Shown one piece after another: positions 1-7,019 of a stretch of DNA of 14,293 nucleotides. The translations under genes were made by a program, and so were the position numbers. The stretch lies in contig CAZMGY010000006.1 of the NCBI GenBank assembly GCA_964565945.1, positions 1 through 14,293 of the forward strand, in the 5' to 3' direction. Below the pieces are notes generated by a model. It was not told the DNA's origin, ran no database searches, and worked only from the letters and a program-made list of their open reading frames with translations. Each line of letters begins with the position of its first letter. Within the stretch, counting starts at the first letter, position 1. The stretch comes from an uncultured bacterium. GTDB lineage: Bacteria > GCA-001730085.

Positions 1-1
1 G

Positions 2-148
2 AAGACGGTTCTAACCTTCGAGCATCCACGTCACTATGTTCTAGGCTCCCGTCAGGCAATTATTTTTCAAACACAGCTTGACAAGATCATGGCAGGTCAA
101 GACCTTGATCACATTGCTCATGGCGCCGTCATGCTTTATGCAACCTAA
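2..148 (+). CDS. Possible 3' end of an unidentified convergent CDS (partial, runs off the window start)
   Basis: Plus frame 2 is open from the window edge to TAA at 146-148 (48 codons, ...TFEHPRHYVLGSRQAIIFQTQLDKIMAGQDLDHIAHGAVMLYAT*). The composition looks protein-like but I recognise no family. It competes with a minus-strand ORF of about 45 codons (41-181). Short open frames like this arise by chance fairly often. Confidence 0.3.
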   Translation, partial: KTVLTFEHPRHYVLGSRQAIIFQTQLDKIMAGQDLDHIAHGAVMLYAT

Positions 149-252
149 GACGCTTTTGAACGACGTACTAAACATCAGCACAATCGAAAGCTCGTATAGC
201 GCTAGAGCATATGAATGGGCACCGTCAGTGCTTGTTGTTCAGGAATCCTATC

Positions 253-912
253 TTAAACCCTCGCCAATGTCATTAAGAAAATCTCACAGCTAGCATCATA
301 AGCTCGTAAAGTTCGAATACATTCATTCATTGTCGCCCCCGTCGTGATCACATCATCCAGCAAAAGAATCGTTTGTTTTTCTATATCTGGTCGGCCATTC
401 ATACGATAAACACCCTCAACATTCCGTAAACGTTCCTCTTGGCTTAAAGTCATTTGGGCCTCAGAATGGCGATGTCTTGTCAAAAGCTCTCGGTAAGGTA
501 CATCAACCCAATCACTCAAGGCTTGTACCAACACAGCGCTTTGGTTAAAACCGCGTTCATACATCCGCTTACGCGAAATAGGCACCGGACACATCATATC
601 AACTTTATCAAATAAACCTGTGGGCTGCCACATATGAGCCAAATGCTTCGCCCAATAACGTCCCATTAACTTCACACGACCCAATTTAAAGCGACGAATC
701 CCTTCTTCCAATACCCCTTCGTATAAACCTAAAGAATAAACTGGGTAACGCCCTAAACGATCCTTCACAGGAGCCAGGCCAACATGTTCCTCACAAGAGA
801 GACAAACCGGGAACGTCTCGGACTCACTTAAAACCACCGCGTCACACATCACACAGGTTTCGGGATTAACCACATCTAGGAGCGCATTCATATAACGCGT
901 TAAAGTTTTCAT
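253..912 (-). CDS. comF: ComF family protein (ComFC-like phosphoribosyltransferase-fold protein)
   Basis: 219 aa. The N-terminus has a double CxxC zinc-finger pattern (CVMC...CLSC). The C-terminus has the PRTase PRPP-binding loop ILLLDDVITTGATMNE and a typical ComF C-terminal end (...LARV). The ATG start directly abuts the bioA stop (TAGATG). Confidence 0.85.
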   Translation of the reverse strand: MKTLTRYMNALLDVVNPETCVMCDAVVLSESETFPVCLSCEEHVGLAPVKDRLGRYPVYSLGLYEGVLEEGIRRFKLGRVKLMGRYWAKHLAHMWQPTGLFDKVDMMCPVPISRKRMYERGFNQSAVLVQALSDWVDVPYRELLTRHRHSEAQMTLSQEERLRNVEGVYRMNGRPDIEKQTILLLDDVITTGATMNECIRTLRAYDASCEIFLMTLARV

Positions 913-2277
913 CTAATTCTCTATCACGTCCTGAATCGCCCAGGCAACCGTATCGATCAACTCTTTAAGAACCGCGGCCTCGATCACTAACGGAGGCATT
1001 AAAACAATCACATTGCCCAAGGGCCGAATAATTACACCTCGCTCACGCACACGTTCAATCACTTGCACCCCTACTTTATTCTCCCAAGGGAAAGGTCTCT
1101 TCGTAGCCTTATCTTGAACCAACTCAATCCCTATCATCAAACCGCGCTGACGAATGTTTCCCACATGCGGCAAGTCCAACAAAGCTTGCAGCTGAGGCTG
1201 GATTTCGCGTGCCAATTGCTCCACGTGATCAACAATATTCCTATCTTGCATCAATCGCAAACTAGCTATGGCGGCAGCGCATCCAAGCGGATTCCCCGTG
1301 TAGGTATGCCCATGAAAAAAGGTTTTGCAGGCCGCATGGTCATCAGCAAAACTATCAAACACACGAGTATTGGTTAAAGTGACCGCTACCGGCAAATACC
1401 CTCCAGTCAAACCTTTGGCGAGCAGCATCATATCGGGAGAAACATCTTCGTGCTCACAAGCAAACATGCGACCAGTACGACCAAAGCCTGTCGCCACTTC
1501 ATCGACGATCATCAAAACATTATATCGATCACATAGCTCCCGTACACGCCGCAAATAGCCCTCGGGAAACAACAACATACCTGCGGCTCCTTGAATCAAA
1601 GGCTCCACAATAATCGCTGCAAGTTCATGACCATGTTTTTGGAAGGTTTCTTCCAGTTGCCGAAAACAAACCTCGGACCAATCTCCTGCCCCTTCAAAAC
1701 GATAAGAATCAGCTACCGGAACCGCAATGGTCTCAAACAATAAATGCTTATAGACTTTATGAAACAAGTCGATCCCACCCACACTGACTGAACCAATCGT
1801 ATCGCCATGATACGAATTCTTCAAGTGAGCAAACTTAGTCCGCGGGGTCTGTTTTCCCTCGACTTGCTGCCAATACTGATACGCCATTTTGACGGCAATT
1901 TCAGCAGCTGTTGATCCACTGTCAGAATAAAACACTTTATCTAAACCAACAGGACTAATATCCACAAGCATCTTGGCCAATTCAATTGATGGAACATTGC
2001 CTAAACCTAGCAAAGTGGTATGAGCAACTTTATTCAACTGTTCTCTCACCGCCTGATCAATCTCGGGCACACGATGTCCGTGTACATTGACCCACAGCGA
2101 AGAAACACCATCAATATAACGTTGTCCATAAATATCGTAAAGGTAAACCCCTTCAGCTTTTTCGATAACCAAAGGCGTCTGCTGTTGATAATCTTGCATT
2201 TGGGTGAACGGATGCCAAACGTGTTTCTGATCCCACTCTTCCCATTGTTCTTGTTGCGTTTGCATTTCGGCGCTCAT
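913..2277 (-). CDS. bioA: Adenosylmethionine-8-amino-7-oxononanoate aminotransferase (class III PLP aminotransferase, BioA-like)
   Basis: 454 aa. BioA-type N-terminal signature HVWHPFTQM, then SSLWVNVHGH. It also has DEVATGFGRTG and the PLP-lysine region LLAKGLTGGYLP. The length is as expected for BioA. Confidence 0.88.
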   Translation of the reverse strand: MSAEMQTQQEQWEEWDQKHVWHPFTQMQDYQQQTPLVIEKAEGVYLYDIYGQRYIDGVSSLWVNVHGHRVPEIDQAVREQLNKVAHTTLLGLGNVPSIELAKMLVDISPVGLDKVFYSDSGSTAAEIAVKMAYQYWQQVEGKQTPRTKFAHLKNSYHGDTIGSVSVGGIDLFHKVYKHLLFETIAVPVADSYRFEGAGDWSEVCFRQLEETFQKHGHELAAIIVEPLIQGAAGMLLFPEGYLRRVRELCDRYNVLMIVDEVATGFGRTGRMFACEHEDVSPDMMLLAKGLTGGYLPVAVTLTNTRVFDSFADDHAACKTFFHGHTYTGNPLGCAAAIASLRLMQDRNIVDHVEQLAREIQPQLQALLDLPHVGNIRQRGLMIGIELVQDKATKRPFPWENKVGVQVIERVRERGVIIRPLGNVIVLMPPLVIEAAVLKELIDTVAWAIQDVIEN

Positions 2278-2278
2278 C

Positions 2279-2935
2279 TTACTCTAAAGTTTCCAAATTA
2301 TCTTCGGGGAAAAAGGCCCCTCCAGAAATGATCAACTTCATGGCATCTTCAGTGCTCATTGTTAAAAAAGTCACATCGGCTTCAGGAAGCATCAAGAAAA
2401 AGCCCGATGTGGGATTAGGAGTCGTCGGCACAAACAAGTTGACCAACCTTTCGTCTGACTCTAACTCGCCCTTGGCATAACCCGTGAAAAAAGCAATGGC
2501 ATAGCAACCCTCCTTGGGATATTCAAACTTGACGACTTTCTTAAAAAAATTGGATTGCTGACCAAACATCGCCGAACTGATTTGTGTAATCACTTTGTAA
2601 ATTTTATTGACCAACGGAATTTTGTTAACTAAGCGATCACTGATCTCGAGTGCCTTTTTGCCCAAGTACAAACGCGTCAAAGCACCCAAAAACGAAAAAA
2701 ATATAATCACAACAATCAAAACCAACGCACGCCATAACCATCCAAAAGTGGGATGCCTTACATAGAGGTAATAAGGATCTGGTGTTATCGACAATACAAA
2801 GGAATTTCCTTTAACCATAATGATATAAACCAAATAAATGGTTATCCCCAAAGGTAAAAAAGCAACGACACCAGTAAAAAAATTGGCTCTAATCTTGTTC
2901 AGAAAGATTTTCATCAGAGGTAGCTTCCTCGACAT
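2279..2935 (-). CDS. DUF502 domain-containing membrane protein
   Basis: 218 aa. Two N-terminal TM segments (FFTGVVAFLPLGITIYLVYIIM; LVLIVVIIFFSFLGAL) are followed by a soluble domain with PTTPNPTSGF, a pattern typical of DUF502. An alternative ATG at 2914 is preceded by GAGGAAG. With either start the gene overlaps the upstream CDS by at least 26 nt. Confidence 0.72.
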   Translation of the reverse strand: MSRKLPLMKIFLNKIRANFFTGVVAFLPLGITIYLVYIIMVKGNSFVLSITPDPYYLYVRHPTFGWLWRALVLIVVIIFFSFLGALTRLYLGKKALEISDRLVNKIPLVNKIYKVITQISSAMFGQQSNFFKKVVKFEYPKEGCYAIAFFTGYAKGELESDERLVNLFVPTTPNPTSGFFLMLPEADVTFLTMSTEDAMKLIISGGAFFPEDNLETLE

Positions 2936-4220
2936 TCTTATTTTTCACATCCACTTTGACTTTATAAATCCTTTTTTCGTCGACTTCTAAAATTTGAAAC
3001 TCAACATGCTCATAACGAATCGAAGCACCACGACGCGGCATACCTTCAGCCACATAAATCAAAAAGCCTCCCAAGCTGTCATAATTTCCTTCTTCGGGCA
3101 AATCGATATTCAAGGATTCATTCAATTCCGACAAATTGGTTTTGGCATCCACCAAGGCCACCCGATCATTAATACGTCGTATTAAGATTTCTTCACCATC
3201 GTGCTCATCCATAATATCCCCCACAATCTCTTCCAAAAGGTCTTCAATGGTTACCAAGCCCGCTGTACCTCCATATTCATCAACCACGATTCCCATGTGG
3301 ACGCGATCGCGTTTGAACAACTGAAGCACGTCATCTAATTTGCTCGTTTCGGGTACAAAAAAGGGCTTACGACAAATATCCATCACACAAATTTTTTCAA
3401 AATAAAGATCCGTCACATATTTCATCAAATCTTTGGCATACATCACGCCCACCACATTATCGGCCGAATCCATAATCACGGGAATTCGTGAAAAAGTCAC
3501 TCCTTCATGAATTTGATCCAAGGCCTCTTTTAACGTGAGTGTCGCATCCATCGTAATCATATCCACGCGAGGAATCATCACCTCATGCACATGTGTATCG
3601 CCAAATTCGATCACACTGCGAATCATATCGCGTTCTTCTTCTTCAATCACTCCTTCACGCTCGCCAGCCTCGACAATCGCAACAATTTCTTGTTCAGTCA
3701 ACATATGCTGCATATCGTCCACTCGTGCCCCCATTAGATTCATAATGCTCACAGAAATTAGCTTGAAGAAATGAATAAAAGGAAAGAGGATCTTCGACAA
3801 ACGATCCAAAAAGCCAATTACAGCTAAAGACATCTCCTCAGCATAACGTTTAGCTAAAGTTTTGGGAATAATTTCTCCAAAGATCAAGATAATCAGTGTC
3901 ATCACTCCAGTTGCAATCGCAGCAATTTGATCCATGCGCATATGCTCACTCAATAAACGAGTCGCTAAGACGGTTGCCGTTGAGGCCGCTGCAATATTAG
4001 CCACATTGTTACAAATTAACAAAGTGATCAAAATATTGTCCCACTTATGTGTGATTTTTTCTAAAATAAGAGCTTTATCTCCATCGTCATCAATCATGCG
4101 TTTGATGCGCAATTTCGTCATTGATGTAATAGCTGTTTCCGAAGCTGAAAAAAAGCCCGACGCCAGCAAACACACCCCAATGATGCTCGCTTCTATCACC
4201 AACAACGTACTAGGATCCAC
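2889..4220 (-). CDS. Hemolysin-family / CNNM (DUF21-CBS pair-CorC_HlyC) putative Mg2+/Co2+ efflux protein
   Basis: 443 aa. The N-terminal DUF21 membrane domain includes GFFSASETAITS and GEIIPKTLAK. A tandem CBS region follows (VMIPRVDM..., RIPV...). The C-terminal CorC_HlyC domain includes SLGGFL...G..P. The called start is GTG at 4220, overlapping the ybeY stop; nearby TTG/GTG starts are also possible. Confidence 0.9.
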   Translation of the reverse strand: MDPSTLLVIEASIIGVCLLASGFFSASETAITSMTKLRIKRMIDDDGDKALILEKITHKWDNILITLLICNNVANIAAASTATVLATRLLSEHMRMDQIAAIATGVMTLIILIFGEIIPKTLAKRYAEEMSLAVIGFLDRLSKILFPFIHFFKLISVSIMNLMGARVDDMQHMLTEQEIVAIVEAGEREGVIEEEERDMIRSVIEFGDTHVHEVMIPRVDMITMDATLTLKEALDQIHEGVTFSRIPVIMDSADNVVGVMYAKDLMKYVTDLYFEKICVMDICRKPFFVPETSKLDDVLQLFKRDRVHMGIVVDEYGGTAGLVTIEDLLEEIVGDIMDEHDGEEILIRRINDRVALVDAKTNLSELNESLNIDLPEEGNYDSLGGFLIYVAEGMPRRGASIRYEHVEFQILEVDEKRIYKVKVDVKNKNVEEATSDENLSEQD

Positions 4221-4683
4221 GTATCAACCCCTCCTTTTTCAGTTTATCTTGTATCTGTTCCATATAATAGGCTTCTTTATGCCTCATAAGTTTGCGATCT
4301 TTAGAATCAACATCATTATACCCAAGCAAATGCAAAATGCCATGAATCATATACAATGCCAACTCTTGATCGGGTGTATGACCAAACTCTTGTGCGCGGT
4401 CAAAAGCCATATCCATCGAAACCACACAATCCCCCACATAACGCTCATCATCGCCAGGATGCCGTTCCCCTTCGAGCATTGCAAAAGAAATTACATCGGT
4501 GGGATAATTATGGTTCAAATACGTACGATTGATGTGATGAATGGTTTTATGGTCGCACACTTTAAGCGACAAAAAGCCCCATGCCCATCCTTCTTGGGCC
4601 AAAATAAGCCCTCCCAAATGCCTTACCAAGGTTAAATTCACTCTGTGTTTCACACCAACATGACTCACGTAAACAGGAATCAT
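4210..4683 (-). CDS. ybeY: rRNA maturation endoribonuclease YbeY
   Basis: 157 aa, the correct size for YbeY. It has the TDVISF motif and the C-terminal metal-binding signature HGILHLLGY. That signature is followed here by ND rather than the canonical DH (see findings). The position upstream of a CorC-type gene is a common arrangement. Confidence 0.9.
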   Translation of the reverse strand: MIPVYVSHVGVKHRVNLTLVRHLGGLILAQEGWAWGFLSLKVCDHKTIHHINRTYLNHNYPTDVISFAMLEGERHPGDDERYVGDCVVSMDMAFDRAQEFGHTPDQELALYMIHGILHLLGYNDVDSKDRKLMRHKEAYYMEQIQDKLKKEGLIRGS

Positions 4684-4685
4684 TT

Positions 4686-5021
4686 TTAAGACTCGTGATG
4701 CGGTCTTTTTTGCACCAAAGGAACGGCTTTTTCTAAAGAAACCCGTATTTCTTGGTGAATCCGCTTAACATGTTCCAACTCTTTGTGTGCGTGTCGACCG
4801 AGTAAACGATAATGACTTGGAGAGCCATTCAAAGTTAAAGCTACAATATCCAACAAACATCGCGAACACACACAAAAATCAATTTGCTCTTTGTTCTCAT
4901 CCATATAATGATTCAGCTCTTTAACCACATAGTCGACATTTTCATCAACAAGCATATTGAGAACATTTTTCTTGGTTAAACCTAGATGTCCTCCAGAACC
5001 ATCATCACTGGGTAAACTCAT
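4686..5021 (-). CDS. comFB: ComFB-like small protein (late competence development protein ComFB family, PF10719-like)
   Basis: 111-113 aa. The pattern NVLNMLVDENV...CVCSRCLLDIVALTLNGSPSHY...VQKRPHH resembles, from memory, the ComFB consensus (N..E..V ... C.C..C..D..A.ALN..P..Y ... NPRH). The ATG at 5021 lies 5 nt downstream of an AGAGGGGGGGG SD-like run. The ORF track starts at GTG 5027. The stop lies 2 nt from the ybeY ATG. Confidence 0.6.
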   Translation of the reverse strand: MSLPSDDGSGGHLGLTKKNVLNMLVDENVDYVVKELNHYMDENKEQIDFCVCSRCLLDIVALTLNGSPSHYRLLGRHAHKELEHVKRIHQEIRVSLEKAVPLVQKRPHHES

Positions 5022-5035
5022 TTTCACCCCCCCCT

Positions 5036-5686
5036 CTAAGACAATTTCACATGGATGTTTATGCGATCACAAATAGCCTTTAACACATGTTTGGCAAAAT
5101 CTAGTTTAGCACATTTTTCGAGCACCTGTTGAGTTCCATCGGCAAATAAAAGACATCCGGCATTTTCGTCACTCCCAAACCCAATACCTTCTGTAATAAT
5201 ATTGTTGGCCACAATCATATCTAGATGCTTGCTTTCTAATTTCTGACGAGCATTGTCAATCAAATTTTCCGATTCGGCCGCAAAACCCACAACAAAAGCA
5301 TTGTGATCTATCTGCGCAACATTTTTAAGCACATCCTGTGTTTTAACAAGCTGTAACACCAATGTATCCTGACTCTTTTTGATTTTATGCGAATACCCCT
5401 TCACTAATGTGTAATCACTTACCGCCGCCGCCATCACCAAAACATCACACTGTGTCACTTGATCCAACACAGCATGTAACATATCTTCGGCCGTTTCAAC
5501 ATGGATCAAAAAAACCCCTTCAGGAGAACATAAAGAAACGGGGCCACTAATCAAACAAACCTCGTGACCTTCGTTCAGCATCACTTCAGCCAAAGCATAG
5601 CCCATTTTGCCTGATGAACGATTCACAATAAAACGAACGGGATCAATCGATTCACGCGTTGGACCAGCCGTTACACATAATTTCAT
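5036..5686 (-). CDS. coaB: Phosphopantothenate-cysteine ligase (CoaB), stand-alone
   Basis: 216 aa. The N-terminus TAGPTRESIDPVRFIVNRSSGKMG matches the CoaB-domain start of bifunctional Dfp. It also has AAAVSDY and HKIKK motifs. The start ATG overlaps the coaC stop as ATGA (5683-5686). Confidence 0.9.
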   Translation of the reverse strand: MKLCVTAGPTRESIDPVRFIVNRSSGKMGYALAEVMLNEGHEVCLISGPVSLCSPEGVFLIHVETAEDMLHAVLDQVTQCDVLVMAAAVSDYTLVKGYSHKIKKSQDTLVLQLVKTQDVLKNVAQIDHNAFVVGFAAESENLIDNARQKLESKHLDMIVANNIITEGIGFGSDENAGCLLFADGTQQVLEKCAKLDFAKHVLKAICDRINIHVKLS

Positions 5687-6216
5687 AAGCTTTCCACTTC
5701 ACGACATAAGGCTTCAATATCTGGCAAACGCCCCACACCATTCGCCAAGCAGGCCAAAAAACCCGCATCTGGTTGCACCAAACAATAGCGATCCACCTCC
5801 CTCAAGCGCTCCAAGTTGGACTGTACCATCGGATTAGCATACATCTGATCACTCATCGACGGCGCCAAAATCACAGGCCCCGCATATGCCAAAAGGGCAC
5901 TCAGCAACAAATGATCACCAAAGCCCATTGCGATTTTTGCCAGCATATCCGCCGACAAGGGAGCCACAAGAATAACATCGGCCCATTCCGCTAAAGCAAT
6001 GTGTTGGGGGAACCAGCCGTTTTCAGGGGTAAATAAGTCTGCATACACCCTATTTTGAGATAGAGTGGCCATGCTTGTTTCGGTCACAAATTTGGTCGCG
6101 CAGGGGGTTAAAATCACTTTAACTTCGTGACCTGATTTAATCAAAGACCGAACACATTCCGTCATTTTGTAGGCAGCTATGCAGCCAGTAACACCTAAGA
6201 GAACTTTTTTAGGCAT
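5683..6216 (-). CDS. coaC: Phosphopantothenoylcysteine decarboxylase (CoaC flavoprotein, HFCD family), stand-alone
   Basis: 177 aa. It has the FMN-binding N-terminus KKVLLGVTGCIAAYK, the QHIALAEWADVILVAPLSA region and the flap ACLANGVGRL with the conserved Cys. An AAGGAAG SD lies 4 nt upstream of the ATG. The start overlaps the rpoZ stop by 8 nt. Confidence 0.9.
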   Translation of the reverse strand: MPKKVLLGVTGCIAAYKMTECVRSLIKSGHEVKVILTPCATKFVTETSMATLSQNRVYADLFTPENGWFPQHIALAEWADVILVAPLSADMLAKIAMGFGDHLLLSALLAYAGPVILAPSMSDQMYANPMVQSNLERLREVDRYCLVQPDAGFLACLANGVGRLPDIEALCREVESL

Positions 6217-6427
6217 TCACTTCCTTTTTAGAGCTAGGATTTTCGTCCTTTTCCAAAACCACATTATCCAAAACTTCACGTAACGCCAATATTGTTACTT
6301 TCACACCAGGCTCATGGGGTAACAAGGGCAAAGCCCCTTGTGAAAGGTCTTGGGCACGACGTGCCGCCAAGACACACATGCGAAAAATACCCCCTTCTTT
6401 GTGTTGATCAAGACTTATAGAAAGCAT
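6209..6427 (-). CDS. rpoZ: DNA-directed RNA polymerase subunit omega
   Basis: 72-75 aa. It has an omega-type core (FRMCVLAARRAQDL) and the conserved position between gmk and coaBC. The ATG at 6427 has a GGAG 10 nt upstream. The ORF track uses TTG at 6436. The gene overlaps the gmk 3' end by at least 20 nt. Confidence 0.8.
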   Translation of the reverse strand: MLSISLDQHKEGGIFRMCVLAARRAQDLSQGALPLLPHEPGVKVTILALREVLDNVVLEKDENPSSKKEVNA

Positions 6428-7019
6428 CGATATCAATCTCCCATCGTTTGGTTTTCTGATACTCAGCTGTCACCACAGCTTCTATCTTTTGTAAGACCTT
6501 TTCGAGGTCACCATTCACAACCACATAGTCATATTCATGACAATGCTGCATCTCTTGCTGTGCATTCCTTAATCGTTGGTCCAGAGCATCTTCCGACTCT
6601 GTCTGGCGACTTCGCAAGCGTTCTTTGAGCAAAGACCACGAAGGCGGTAACACAAAAATACTCACACTTTCGGGGTACCTTTGCTTCACCTGAGCATGCC
6701 CTTGCACATCAATATCGAACAGAACCGTACGCCCCTCTTTCAAAGGATCTAACGACTCCAGCCCCGTGCCATAATAACACCCATGAACATGAGCATATTC
6801 CACAAACCCTTGGTCCACAATTTTAGTTTCGAACTGCTCGGGACTAACAAAGTAATAATCTTTCCCGTTTTCCTCACCAGCACGCGGATCGCGCGTGGTG
6901 TAAGAAACCGAAAAAACAAATTCTCCCATTTGCATAAGACGATTTTTAATCGTTGTTTTACCGCATCCCGAAGGAGCTGACAATATAACAAAAACGCCTT
7001 CTTTCACTTGACCTATCAT
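6408..7019 (-). CDS. gmk: Guanylate kinase
   Basis: It has the P-loop SAPSGCGKTT, then SVSYTTRDPRAGEENGKDYYFVS and EYAHVHGCYYGT. The ATG at 7019 gives a canonical N-terminus (MIGQVKEGVFVILSAPSG). The ORF-track start is TTG at 7046. Confidence 0.93.
   Translation of the reverse strand: MIGQVKEGVFVILSAPSGCGKTTIKNRLMQMGEFVFSVSYTTRDPRAGEENGKDYYFVSPEQFETKIVDQGFVEYAHVHGCYYGTGLESLDPLKEGRTVLFDIDVQGHAQVKQRYPESVSIFVLPPSWSLLKERLRSRQTESEDALDQRLRNAQQEMQHCHEYDYVVVNGDLEKVLQKIEAVVTAEYQKTKRWEIDIDAFYKS

Noticed and set aside
78-293. A 71-aa plus-strand ORF (TTG start) at the left end.
   Set aside because: It has a non-ATG start without an SD, overlaps the comF 3' end by about 40 nt, and has no recognisable motif. 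The edge-open frame 2..148 is a somewhat better candidate for any plus-strand coding here.
3934-4635. A 233-aa plus-strand ORF, strikingly long for an AT-leaning sequence, spanning the 5' part of the CNNM gene and most of ybeY in antisense.
   Set aside because: It lies entirely antisense to two well-supported genes with clear family motifs. It changes its frame relationship between them (offset by 1 relative to the CNNM gene, codon-aligned with ybeY). Its translation is low-complexity and I/L/H/C-rich, with no recognisable motif, SD or promoter. This is best explained as a shadow ORF caused by avoidance of TTA/CTA/TCA-type codons on the coding strand.
6749-6991. An 80-aa same-strand ORF nested in gmk in another frame. 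A similar 67-aa ORF sits at 10540-10743, nested in clpX.
   Set aside because: Both are fully contained within strongly supported genes, in alternative frames. There are no independent translation signals and no motifs.
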